Positions 24,915 to 34,374 of a stretch of 43,444 nt of DNA are shown here, piece by piece. Numbering within the stretch: position 1 is the first letter of the stretch; every line of letters begins with the position of its first letter. The DNA comes from an uncultured Pseudomonadales bacterium (lineage in GTDB: Bacteria; Patescibacteriota; Microgenomatia; UBA1400; UBA12028). The stretch lies in assembly GCA_964574065.1 (NCBI GenBank), contig CAZNKS010000001.1, forward strand, positions 1 through 43,444, in the 5' to 3' direction. A model generated the notes under the pieces. That model was not told where the DNA came from, did not search any database, and saw only the letters and a program-made list of their open reading frames with translations. A program made the translations under genes and the position numbers.

Positions 24915-25978
24915 CACAACTTTTTGCATTTCTATTCGCAACAGTATTATCCCTCGTGCTGGCTCCTTTCGTTATTTGGATATACAAAAAATACAATTGG
25001 CTGGATGATCCCAAAAAATCATCACATCCAAAGATTGTGCATACATCCCCATTACCTAGAGGCGGAGGCCTGGTCGTGTCGCTAGCTATTCTCATTTGTA
25101 TTGCTGTATTCCTTCCTCTGTATGCCAAACTTGCCGGTGTCATTGTGGGCGCAGTTATCCTGACTTTGATGGGAGTGTGGGATGACATTGCTGATCCTCC
25201 TCCTTTTTTCCGATTGGCTTTGCAAGTAGTTGCCGCTGGATGTGTCGCAGTTTCTGGGATCGGAGTGTATTACATCACCAATCCTTTTGGGGGAGTTATT
25301 CACTTTGATTCGTTTCTTCTACAAGTTGGAGCATTGAGTATTCCGATCATCACGATTCTGGTGACTCTCATCTGGATTGTTTGGTGTATGAATATTGTAA
25401 ATTTTTCGACTGGTCTTGATGGACAGATGCCGGGATATGTTGTGATTGCCGCACTAACCATTGGCATGCTCTCACGCAGGTTTATTGCAGATCCAAACGA
25501 GCAAAGTGTTTTGATTCTTTCTCTTATCGTTGCTGGAGCATATGTAGGTTTCCTGTTTTGGAACATGTACCCACAAAAAATGATGTCAGGGTTTGGAGCT
25601 AGCACCCTGGCTGGTTTTTTCCTTGCTATTCTTTCTATCCTTTCAGGAGCGAAACTAGCCACTGCAATCATGGTTCTGGCAGTGCCTATGGCTGACGCAC
25701 TCTTTGTGATCTTTCGAAGGTTAAAAAATAAGCGCTCCCCTTTCTATGGAGATCGGGGGCACTTACATCACGCTTTGCTTGATAGTGGGTTGTCCAAACG
25801 ACAGGTTGCGCTGGTGTATTGGCTTGCGGCAGCAATTTTAGGAATCCTGTCGCTATCACTCTCGAGCGAACAAAAACTATTTGCCATTTTACTTATTGGT
25901 AGCATAGTGTGTATGATTGCGATATGGCTTCGCTTATTTTTCATACAATTCGGGAAGTCCGTCCGCGACAATGGATAA
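24911..25978 (+). CDS. Polyprenyl-phosphate N-acetylhexosamine-1-phosphate transferase (WecA/MraY family, GT4 superfamily)
   Basis: MTQLFAFLFATVLSLVLAPFVIWIYKKYNWLDDP...HTSPLPRGGG and NIVNFSTGLDGQMPG (NxxNxxDGxDG). About 10 TM segments. Confidence 0.8.
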   Translation: MTQLFAFLFATVLSLVLAPFVIWIYKKYNWLDDPKKSSHPKIVHTSPLPRGGGLVVSLAILICIAVFLPLYAKLAGVIVGAVILTLMGVWDDIADPPPFFRLALQVVAAGCVAVSGIGVYYITNPFGGVIHFDSFLLQVGALSIPIITILVTLIWIVWCMNIVNFSTGLDGQMPGYVVIAALTIGMLSRRFIADPNEQSVLILSLIVAGAYVGFLFWNMYPQKMMSGFGASTLAGFFLAILSILSGAKLATAIMVLAVPMADALFVIFRRLKNKRSPFYGDRGHLHHALLDSGLSKRQVALVYWLAAAILGILSLSLSSEQKLFAILLIGSIVCMIAIWLRLFFIQFGKSVRDNG

Positions 25979-26862
25979 AAAACTTATCCTTGTATGCTGC
26001 TCTGGTTTTCTCAGGCTTTTTCTTTCAAGAAGGATATTTCCTTTCGGTGACTGTTGCGTTTGTCCTGTTTTGTTTTCTGTCTTCAGCTGTCTACATCCTC
26101 AATGACATTGTTGATGCCCCACAGGATCGACTACATCCCTTCAAGAAAAAACGTCCAATTGCATCGGGAGAATTACCGGTATCGTTTGCTTTAGGTGTGG
26201 CGCTCATCCTCTTAGGCATTGTTGGCGTAGCAGCCTTGTTTATTTCGCCATTTTTCTTCGTGCTGGCGGTGTTATACGTATTGCTGCACTTGGTCTACAC
26301 CTACAACTTAAAGCACACACCAATTCTCGATGTCATGGCGATCGCGGCGGGATTTTTAATCCGTATCTATGCAGGGGCCGTGATTGTGAACTTACACATG
26401 AGCGTATGGTTTTTATTAACCGTTATGTCTGCTTCTCTGTTCTTAGCTGTTGGAAAACGACAGAGTGAACGAACTCTCCTGAAAGGCAGAGGCGAAGATC
26501 TTTCCAAGCATAGGGAAACGTTGTCCCATTACACGCAACGCCTCCTGGATGTATATGTGGGAATGTTTGCAAATGCCACTTGGTTAACCTACGCGCTCTA
26601 TACATTCCAGCGTAATGAATTTAAACCAGAAGGTATTTTGTTTATTAGCCTACTTGCTATGTTGCCTCGCACCTTTACTGCTGAAAAATGGCTTATGATC
26701 ACGGTGCCGCTCGTTATCTTTGGTGTTATGCGTTATTTGCAGCTCGTCTATGAAAGCAATGAAGGCGAAAGCCCTGAGCGCGTACTGCTTCGTGACAAGC
26801 CATTGTTGATTACTGGTGTGGTTTGGGGAATTCTAGTTATGTTCTTCATTTACGGTTTCTAA
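25924..26862 (+). CDS. UbiA-family prenyl-phosphate phosphoribosyltransferase (decaprenyl-phosphate 5-phosphoribosyltransferase-like)
   Basis: VRPRQWIKNL N-terminal motif (compare RPRQWVKN in the mycobacterial enzyme). Also NDIVDAPQDRLH (NDxxDxxxD). Polytopic. Confidence 0.7.
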   Translation: MASLIFHTIREVRPRQWIKNLSLYAALVFSGFFFQEGYFLSVTVAFVLFCFLSSAVYILNDIVDAPQDRLHPFKKKRPIASGELPVSFALGVALILLGIVGVAALFISPFFFVLAVLYVLLHLVYTYNLKHTPILDVMAIAAGFLIRIYAGAVIVNLHMSVWFLLTVMSASLFLAVGKRQSERTLLKGRGEDLSKHRETLSHYTQRLLDVYVGMFANATWLTYALYTFQRNEFKPEGILFISLLAMLPRTFTAEKWLMITVPLVIFGVMRYLQLVYESNEGESPERVLLRDKPLLITGVVWGILVMFFIYGF

Positions 26863-26900
26863 AGGACATTTCCAGAATTTTGTGAGATACGAACAATATT

Positions 26901-27626
26901 TTAAGTCTGTGACTTCGTCATTTCCTTCTCGCGTGCAAACGTAATTGCTTCGTAGAGACTCTCGAATGTTCCAGTGTCAAGCCAGCGATTTTCCACGAAC
27001 GCTACATCCAAAGTTCCCTCTTTCAAATATAAGTTATTGAGGTCTGTAATTTCTAATTCGCCTCGTGGAGATGGTGCAAGTGCTTTTGCTTTCGAAACCA
27101 CTGTATTGTCATAGATGTACAGACCGGTTACAGCGTAGTCGGATACAGGCTCTTTTGGTTTCTCGATGATTGCGGTTGCCTTCCGATTTTCATCAAAGGC
27201 GACGACACCAAAGCGCTGTGGATCAGATACTTTCTTTGCAAACACTCGTGCACCTTTTTGGAACGAATTGATAGCGCTACTAAAATCATCCTCAAAGAGA
27301 TTGTCACCAAGAATCAAAGTGACATTATCATCACTAACAAATTTTTCACCAATAATGAATGCTTGTGCTAATCCCTCTGGTTTCTCTTGAACCTCAAAAG
27401 TGAATTTGCATCCAAATTCTTTTCCACTGCCAAGTAACTTTAAGAAATCACCGGCATGATCAGGAGCAATGATGATGAGGATATCTTTAATTCCTGCAGA
27501 GAGCAATGTCTCAAGAGGATAATAAATCATTGGCTTGTTATAAATTGGAAGTAACTGTTTACTCGTTACTCGTGTGAGTGGATGGAGCCTTGTTCCAGCT
27601 CCACCAGCTAAAATGATTCCCTTCAT
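26901..27626 (-). CDS. Sugar-1-phosphate nucleotidylyltransferase (short glucose-1-phosphate thymidylyltransferase-like)
   Basis: [38 protein letters not shown], the GGxGTRLxPLT motif. At 241 aa it is shorter than classical RmlA. Confidence 0.75.
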   Translation of the reverse strand: MKGIILAGGAGTRLHPLTRVTSKQLLPIYNKPMIYYPLETLLSAGIKDILIIIAPDHAGDFLKLLGSGKEFGCKFTFEVQEKPEGLAQAFIIGEKFVSDDNVTLILGDNLFEDDFSSAINSFQKGARVFAKKVSDPQRFGVVAFDENRKATAIIEKPKEPVSDYAVTGLYIYDNTVVSKAKALAPSPRGELEITDLNNLYLKEGTLDVAFVENRWLDTGTFESLYEAITFAREKEMTKSQT

Positions 27627-27660
27627 ATAAGCCCCTCAATCATAGTACAGGTAACATCTG

Positions 27661-27921
27661 CTATAGGCGTTGGAGTAACGACAGCAGCATTACCGTTGCT
27701 AACATTCCTACAACGGCATATTCTAGCATGAGACGAAATGTTTTTATTTCCTTCTGGTGTGTAAAAACTCCCCACAAAAAATAGAACAATCCAATCACAA
27801 CAGCGAGAAATGATTGTAAAGGAGAATTCTTTACAAAGACAAAGCTGGAGAAAAGAATCGCTTCACCAACGATGAGCAAAATATAGTGATGAGATCGTTT
27901 TTGTAGTTCTCGCTTGATCAT
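27661..27921 (-). CDS. Hypothetical small membrane protein (3 TM)
   Basis: 86-aa hydrophobic ORF, 7 nt downstream of the CAP-domain gene. Confidence 0.4.
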   Translation of the reverse strand: MIKRELQKRSHHYILLIVGEAILFSSFVFVKNSPLQSFLAVVIGLFYFLWGVFTHQKEIKTFRLMLEYAVVGMLATVMLLSLLQRL

Positions 27922-27928
27922 AAACAGT

Positions 27929-28951
27929 TTAGAGCGTTACTCCCGCTTTCAAAATGATGATCACAATTAACACACCTGATAAAAAGAGCATATGTGCAAG
28001 ATTTCTTCCCGCAATCCGAACTGTCTGCTTTTCATGCGAGAACCACATATCCACAAAGAGAACAACCAACAGGATTCCTAAGACACTCACCATGATCGCT
28101 TTACTCACCTGTAAGGGGGTGAATAAGTGTGGCAGTGATGAAACTGGTTCTGGCGTTGATAAGGTCAGGCTTGGATCGACATCGACAAGCAGCTTTGGAA
28201 CTGACTCTTCACCAGCAACTTGCTCTTCTTCTATAGGGGCTTCCACTGGGAGAGCTGGTTTAGCTTGTTCAATCTCTTGCGGTGCTACTTGCGAAGTTTG
28301 GGCTTCTACTTGTCCGGCTCTAGGTAATGAAGCCGATTCTCTAGCAGCCGCAACCGCTGGCACAACTTGCGTACCAAACATCTGCACAACTAGAGCGGTG
28401 TCAGTTCCAAGTAACTTACAGTCAATAACGGCAACACCAATTTCTGAGTACTTTGGATTTACAATATTCGCCTTGTGCGTGGGAGATGCCATCCACGCGC
28501 TGACCATACTTCCTGTATCAGCAAAATCACGGGCCAAGTTTTCACCAGCAACAGAGTATTTATACCCTGCATTTTTCATAAAAACCCAAGGGGTCACACC
28601 TGAAGGGGAAATGTGTGCCCAATACTGTTCTGCACACATATGATTTCCTTTTGCAGCTGCGGCAGCGGAAAGTTGCGCATTGGAACTGAGGGTGGACAGT
28701 CCCACACTTGCACGTTGTTGGTTTGTTTGTTCAACCACTTGTGAAGTAGTAATGCTCGAAGAAAATCCTAAAATTGCAGGAAGTGGTCCTGGATATGTTG
28801 AGAACGAATGGGTTAGAATTTGTCCAACCAATACGATGACGGTTAAAACCGCAATCCCCTCAACATGCAGGATACGTGCCCGATGGTTGTTTGATTTTTG
28901 TGGAAATAGAAAATGTCGTGCAGCACGATGCATAGTACCAACGTACCACAT
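27929..28951 (-). CDS. CAP/SCP (YkwD-like) domain protein with TM segments at both ends
   Basis: CAP-like core QTNQQRASVGL..L...L..AA..K...M.....WAH...........GENLA......MVSAWMASPTHKANIVNPKYSEIGVAV. It has an N-terminal TM segment and two C-terminal TM segments. Confidence 0.65.
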   Translation of the reverse strand: MWYVGTMHRAARHFLFPQKSNNHRARILHVEGIAVLTVIVLVGQILTHSFSTYPGPLPAILGFSSSITTSQVVEQTNQQRASVGLSTLSSNAQLSAAAAAKGNHMCAEQYWAHISPSGVTPWVFMKNAGYKYSVAGENLARDFADTGSMVSAWMASPTHKANIVNPKYSEIGVAVIDCKLLGTDTALVVQMFGTQVVPAVAAARESASLPRAGQVEAQTSQVAPQEIEQAKPALPVEAPIEEEQVAGEESVPKLLVDVDPSLTLSTPEPVSSLPHLFTPLQVSKAIMVSVLGILLVVLFVDMWFSHEKQTVRIAGRNLAHMLFLSGVLIVIIILKAGVTL

Positions 28952-29040
28952 CTTCCTTCCTGCTGCTAGTCAGCAGTGAGGTCATACAATCGAACATCTC
29001 ATGGTAGAATATTGGCAGAATATAACCTACTGCACACACT

Positions 29041-29847
29041 ATGACACCTTTCTTACACATCATCTCTGATTATGGGGTCTCAGACCCAGCGTTTGGAGAA
29101 GTCTTTCAACGACTGCATGCGACGACCGATGATCTCAAACCAACCACGTTCATCACTCCTGTCGATTTTTCTGACACAGTGGCAGGTGGTTTTTGGATCT
29201 ATCAATACGGAATGGGCAAATCTGAATCTCAAAACATGTTTGTATATTCAAACATTGCTCCACGCAAAGTGCAGCGCCAAGCAATGCGTGACAACGTTGG
29301 AGAAGGACTAAAGTACGGCAAATTAACGAATGGGACACAAATTGTGGCTGTTAATTCAGAGTATGTCTTCTCCTTCGTGAAACCATATTTGCAAGAGTTC
29401 AAAGAAATTTTTGTGAGCAATCAAGGAACACAGTTTCGTTCTCGAGACAATTATCCTCGTATCGTCAGTGAAATCATGCATGGAGACTACAGTAGTCTCG
29501 AGCAAAATCTTCCTTTGAGTTTAATTCCCGATGTACCAAAGAATCGAATTGCGTGGATCGATGGCTACGGGAATATCAAAACCACTATCCGACGCAGTGA
29601 GGTCACTTTTGAACCAGGTACAAAGCTTCGAATTGAAATCAACGGTGTTATCTGGACAGGAATCATGGCAGAAGGTTCATTTGGCGTTCACCATGGTGAA
29701 CTTGCCTTCTCTGCCGGAAGCAGTGGATATGATGACCCTTTTATGGAAATTTTCCTGCGTCGTCATATTGTTCGTGATGTATCCTCCCGAGATGTCTTTA
29801 ACTATCCCAAATGTGGAGATGTCATTTCAATCAGCGTAGAAGGATAG
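29041..29847 (+). CDS. DUF62/SAM hydroxide adenosyltransferase-like protein
   Basis: The N-terminal LHIISDYGVSDPAFGEV resembles the L.TDFG..D.YVG motif, and WIDGYGNIKTTI resembles iD.FGNl.TNi. Divergent elsewhere. Confidence 0.45.
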   Translation: MTPFLHIISDYGVSDPAFGEVFQRLHATTDDLKPTTFITPVDFSDTVAGGFWIYQYGMGKSESQNMFVYSNIAPRKVQRQAMRDNVGEGLKYGKLTNGTQIVAVNSEYVFSFVKPYLQEFKEIFVSNQGTQFRSRDNYPRIVSEIMHGDYSSLEQNLPLSLIPDVPKNRIAWIDGYGNIKTTIRRSEVTFEPGTKLRIEINGVIWTGIMAEGSFGVHHGELAFSAGSSGYDDPFMEIFLRRHIVRDVSSRDVFNYPKCGDVISISVEG

Positions 29848-29850
29848 GTC

Positions 29851-30921
29851 ATGCAGCTTCGCGAGAATCTGGTATATACCTCCAAAGCACTCACAACAAT
29901 TTTGACTGACTTCTTTACGAAACAGCACATAGAAGCAGTCGAAATCGACCCGCTTCTTGGCCGATCAGTTTCTCTTTTGTCTGATTTCACGTTACGAGGC
30001 GGAAAGTATGTCCGTGGGTTCCTAACGGTGGTTGGGTATGAACTAGCTTCTGGCAAGAAAGCGACTCAAAATGTATTGAAAGCTGCTGCTAGTGTCGACC
30101 TGCATCATCGCCACATTTTGATTCTTGATGACATTTCCGATCGAGATGAGTCTAGATATGGAGGTCCTACCGTAGAACATGCGTATCGGCCTTTGTTTTC
30201 ACCTGATGAGGATGGACAGCACCGAGCTAGGTCATTTGCGATGCTCGATGGTGTGTTGTTGGGGTCATTTGCCCGGCAGCTATTACTCTCAACTTCCTTT
30301 GATCTTCACATACTTGTACGGACTTTAAAGATCTTCGACACCATTATGTATCGAGATACCCTAGCAGGATGGCAAATCCATGGGATACAAGCAATTGAAC
30401 CATTGCCTATCGCAACACAAGAACAGTTCATCAAAGGGCTTCGGTATGTTACGGCTTCCTATACATTTGAAGGACCATTACTCGTGGGATATACCCTGGC
30501 AGATTCCACCGACAAAAAGCTACGGAAAGCCATACAAGACTACTCCCGTCTGGTAGGCACTGCCTTCCAAATGCATGATGACTATCTTGGGCTATTTGGA
30601 AACCAAGAAGTTACGGGGAAACCAGTTGGAAATGATGTGCGGGAAGGGAAAAAGACGCTCTTGCTGCAATATGCATACCAAGAGGCAGATAAAGTCGATA
30701 AAGCGTTTCTAGAGAAGGTCTGTGGAAATCCTCACCTAGGAGGGACAGATATCAGCCGAGTACAAGAGATCGTGCAAAAAACGGGTGCCTTGGACCATAT
30801 GCGTTCTCTTGAGAAAGAGTACGTTGCCAAAGGCAAAATGGCGCTTGCGAAGCTTCCAGACAGTCATGCCAAGCAACAACTGCTTGATGTAGCAGACTAC
30901 ATTATCGCGCGAGAAAAATAA
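29851..30921 (+). CDS. Polyprenyl diphosphate synthase (trans-isoprenyl diphosphate synthase family)
   Basis: First Asp-rich motif LILDDISDRDESRYGG. Second motif region FQMHDDYLGLFG. KT-type GKKTLL. Confidence 0.75.
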   Translation: MQLRENLVYTSKALTTILTDFFTKQHIEAVEIDPLLGRSVSLLSDFTLRGGKYVRGFLTVVGYELASGKKATQNVLKAAASVDLHHRHILILDDISDRDESRYGGPTVEHAYRPLFSPDEDGQHRARSFAMLDGVLLGSFARQLLLSTSFDLHILVRTLKIFDTIMYRDTLAGWQIHGIQAIEPLPIATQEQFIKGLRYVTASYTFEGPLLVGYTLADSTDKKLRKAIQDYSRLVGTAFQMHDDYLGLFGNQEVTGKPVGNDVREGKKTLLLQYAYQEADKVDKAFLEKVCGNPHLGGTDISRVQEIVQKTGALDHMRSLEKEYVAKGKMALAKLPDSHAKQQLLDVADYIIAREK

Positions 30922-31015
30922 GCAAAATCATTATCTCTTCTACCCTTCGTTTCAGATCACGAAAAAGTGTGGCTGATGGTTTTTTCAGTCTGTACTTCAT
31001 ACTGATCTTTTCGGA

Positions 31016-31735
31016 TTATCGACGAATACTGGCAATGGTCTTGGTAGTCAAGCCCTTGGTAAAGTAGCGAATCGGATCGATTGCGACATCATTTTGATAG
31101 ATCTCAAGGTGCAAGTGAGGCCCAGTGGTACGACCAGTCATACCAACTGATCCAATAACAGTGGTGGCTTCGACAACCTCACCTTCAGAAACTTTTGTCT
31201 CTTTCATGTGTGCATAGAGAGTGGTGACCTTTGAGGTACCCTCTTCGTGCTCGATGACGACATAGCGGCCATATCCTCCACCTTCATAGGCAACCGTAAT
31301 GACCTTTCCGGCGTGCATGGACATGATTGGAGATCCAATCTTGGCACGGATGTCGACACCATGGTGGAACCTCGTAAAGAAGGTAGAAATACCTAAGGTG
31401 TCACTTGGAGCAATAGGAAGAACCTTCACATTGGTATGTGATTTAGTTTCCCCAGCAGCAAGATCCTTGTTAGTAAGGTTCACCATAGGAACTAAGACTG
31501 GAGGCAAGGTTGGCAAAACGTCGGTAGTATTTTCTTTGGCTTCCCCTTCCTTTTCCTCAAAAGTGAGAACATAGGATGAAGGCTCACCGGATTGACCAGC
31601 AATCTTGGCAGCATCGAGTGCAAGGCTTGGAAAAACTTCAGATAATGAGACATATGTTTCTTCAGCAGCAAACGCTACAGAAGCGCCTGTGAAGAAGAAA
31701 CCAGTTGTCAGTAACAAAACGATACATCGTTTCAT
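31016..31735 (-). CDS. Secreted M23-family metallopeptidase
   Basis: Signal peptide MKRCIVLLLTTGFFFTGASVAFA. HxxxD in FHHGVDIRA and HxH in GPHLHLEI. The track start at 31744 is a GTG, and an ATG lies at 31735. Confidence 0.85.
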   Translation of the reverse strand: MKRCIVLLLTTGFFFTGASVAFAAEETYVSLSEVFPSLALDAAKIAGQSGEPSSYVLTFEEKEGEAKENTTDVLPTLPPVLVPMVNLTNKDLAAGETKSHTNVKVLPIAPSDTLGISTFFTRFHHGVDIRAKIGSPIMSMHAGKVITVAYEGGGYGRYVVIEHEEGTSKVTTLYAHMKETKVSEGEVVEATTVIGSVGMTGRTTGPHLHLEIYQNDVAIDPIRYFTKGLTTKTIASIRR

Positions 31736-32067
31736 GATTGCCACATCATCGTGGCCAGAGTTCCCCCCTATAGTTGGTTTCCTTTTCCCCTAGTTCGTGG
31801 ATCCCTTATAACAGAGATCCCCCAGAATTGTAGGGGATTAAAAAACCTCCTATATAGTTTGGAGGTGAATCCTATATTAGAATGGAAATAAAATATTGTC
31901 AAGTGAGTCAAGCCCTATTTTACCTCTGGAGAGGTTTTTCCTCCCAGAGGTGAAAGCCTCAAATTCATCCCAGAAAGGTAATTCTGTCCCTGTCTGGGAC
32001 GGTTGGGAACTAGAAGGTTATTTCCTCTGGCTAACTCTCTAATTTTCTGGTAAAATGGCAATACTGT

Positions 32068-33060
32068 ATGAAATACCTCTCCTCAGCGAAAATTGCTGGA
32101 AAACGTGTACTCGTACGTCTAGATCTTGATCTCCCCAAAATAGCCAAAGGCTATGATACTACCCGCCTTGAACAAGGGATTCCTACCCTCCAACACATCC
32201 TTCGTAAAGATGCTGCTGCAGTAACGGTTATTGCACATAGGGGTCGCCCAAAGGCCAAGAGCTCGCTCTACTCCCTAGGGCCAATTGAAAAACTCCTCCG
32301 CGCTCACTTCACCCCCGAGGACAATAAGAAAATAACCGTTCTACCTAACCTACGGTTCGATTCCCGGGAGGAAAAGGGGAGCCTTACCTTTGCCAAGACG
32401 CTAGCCAAAAAGCATGATTTGTTCGTTTTAGACGCCTTTGCGACCATGCACCGGGAACACACCTCAATAACCTTCCTTCCTGAAATCCTCCCTACCTATC
32501 CTGGATTGCAGCTCGAAAAAGAGCTCAAAGCCTTTGCTCAAGTATTCAATAATCCTAAGCGTCCATTTGTGGTGATCCTGGGTGGAGCCAAGCTAGAAAC
32601 CAAGCTTCCTCTGATTAATGCTCTTCAGGAACGAGCTGATATCATCCTGGTGGGAGGAAAGCTTGCTCTGGAAGCCAGAGAGCAGGATATGCAGGTTGGC
32701 CGCAAAGTAATCCTGGCTGAGCTAACCCGTGACGGGAAAGACATCTCCAAGGCTGCTGTAGAGCAGTTTGAGCGGTTTATTAAGGCTGCTGGCACAATCG
32801 TCTGGAATGGTCCAATGGGCGTTTTTGAGGATGCAAAGCACGCCTATGGCACCAAACGGATTGCCCAGATCGTCAACGATGCTAACGGGTTTTCCCTAAC
32901 TGGAGGTGGAGACACCGAAGCAGCGCAAACCAAGTACAAAGCTGAAGACAAAGTCAAACACCTTTCCTCAGGGGGTGGAGCAATGCTAGATTACCTTCTC
33001 CATCATACCTTGCCAGGCATTGAGGCTATCGAGAAGAGCCAGAAAGCCTTCAAGCTCTAA
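32068..33060 (+). CDS. pgk: Phosphoglycerate kinase (short, 330 aa)
   Basis: GKRVLVRLDLDLP, HRGRPK, GGAKLETKLPLI, GGGDTEAA and SSGGGAMLDYL. Confidence 0.85.
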   Translation: MKYLSSAKIAGKRVLVRLDLDLPKIAKGYDTTRLEQGIPTLQHILRKDAAAVTVIAHRGRPKAKSSLYSLGPIEKLLRAHFTPEDNKKITVLPNLRFDSREEKGSLTFAKTLAKKHDLFVLDAFATMHREHTSITFLPEILPTYPGLQLEKELKAFAQVFNNPKRPFVVILGGAKLETKLPLINALQERADIILVGGKLALEAREQDMQVGRKVILAELTRDGKDISKAAVEQFERFIKAAGTIVWNGPMGVFEDAKHAYGTKRIAQIVNDANGFSLTGGGDTEAAQTKYKAEDKVKHLSSGGGAMLDYLLHHTLPGIEAIEKSQKAFKL

Positions 33061-33300
33061 TTCTTACTTTCCCCGCTCCCATGTAGACGAAGTTCTTTGT
33101 CAAAGAGTTGATGAAGGGTTCGTACCACAGTGACCTCCTGTGCACGTTACTTGGGAGAACATAGATGGCCACTGTCACGTCTTGATAAGAATTAGGTATA
33201 GAATAGGCAAAGCTGCTCCTGGGAGAGGATGAGGATTGAAAATCTGTAGGTTTAGGCTATCTTGGAAGAATACATTGGTACAGTTTATGTAAGGAGTGGT

Positions 33301-34353
33301 ATGAATCTTGCCATTAATGGGTTTGGCCGTATTGGGAGAACCAGCTTTCGAGTCTGGTATCAATACCATCGAAGTGAGGCCTCATTAGTTGCTGTGAATA
33401 CATCTGGCTCCATGGATATCCAAGGCTGGGTACATTTACTCAAGTATGACTCCAACTATGGGGTCTGGAATGAGCCCATGACCGTTCAAGAACACCAGAA
33501 AGCAAAAGACGTCACCGATCAGGATCCAGTCCTGGGAACCATCATCATTGGAGATCAGCATGTTCAAGTTCTCGCTCAGAGGGATCCAGCCAAACTCCCT
33601 TGGGCAGCTTTGGGAGTCGATGCTGTTATTGAATCGACAGGAATTTTCATTTCTCAAGAGAAAGCGTCCCTCCATCTTCAGGCAGGAGCAAAACGGGTCA
33701 TTATCAGTGCTCCCCCCAAAGGGGGAAATGTGGGGACCTTTGTTCTTGGTGTAAACGAGACGGTTGGGACAAATCAAGAAACACAAGGGACAACCATCCT
33801 CTCCAATGCCTCCTGTACCACCAACTGTGTAGCACCCGTGGCAGCAGTGATCCATAGCAAGTTCGGTATTAAAAAAGCCATGATGAGTACCATCCATGCT
33901 TACACGGATGACCAAAACCTGCAGGATAACTCTCACAAGGACTTGCGTAGAGCCCGCAGCGCTGCCAAGAGTATCGTTCCAACAACGACAGGCGCTGCCA
34001 TTGCTGTCACCGAAACAATTCCAGAGCTCAAGGGCATGTTTGATGGCGTTTCTTTCCGAGTACCAGTATCAACAGGCTCTTTGTCTGATATGACCTTCGT
34101 AGTCAGTCGTCCCACAACTGTTGAGGAAGTGAATGCTGCTCTTGTTGAGGCCGCAAACTCTGACCGATACAAAGGAATCCTTGCGGTGACGAATGACCCC
34201 CTGGTCAGTAGCGACATTGTCGGAAGGCGTGAAAGCTCCATTATTGATCTTGATTTGACCCAGGTGGTCGATGGAGATCTGGTGAAAGTTGTCTCCTGGT
34301 ACGATAACGAGTTTGGCTATTGTAATAGATTAGTCGAACAATCTATACAGTAA
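33301..34353 (+). CDS. gap: Glyceraldehyde-3-phosphate dehydrogenase
   Basis: MNLAINGFGRIGR at the ATG at 33301 with SD AAGGAGTGGT. Catalytic SNASCTTNC. WYDNEFGY near the C-terminus. Confidence 0.9.
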   Translation: MNLAINGFGRIGRTSFRVWYQYHRSEASLVAVNTSGSMDIQGWVHLLKYDSNYGVWNEPMTVQEHQKAKDVTDQDPVLGTIIIGDQHVQVLAQRDPAKLPWAALGVDAVIESTGIFISQEKASLHLQAGAKRVIISAPPKGGNVGTFVLGVNETVGTNQETQGTTILSNASCTTNCVAPVAAVIHSKFGIKKAMMSTIHAYTDDQNLQDNSHKDLRRARSAAKSIVPTTTGAAIAVTETIPELKGMFDGVSFRVPVSTGSLSDMTFVVSRPTTVEEVNAALVEAANSDRYKGILAVTNDPLVSSDIVGRRESSIIDLDLTQVVDGDLVKVVSWYDNEFGYCNRLVEQSIQ

Positions 34354-34374
34354 TACATGCCATCCTGATCGTGC

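Noticed and set aside
30922-31015. Possible terminator between the convergent polyprenyl synthase and M23 peptidase genes
   Set aside because: Only weak stems are present (TCAGT/ACTGA with an 11-nt loop; ATCA/TGAT), with poor U-tracts. This is not convincing enough to annotate.
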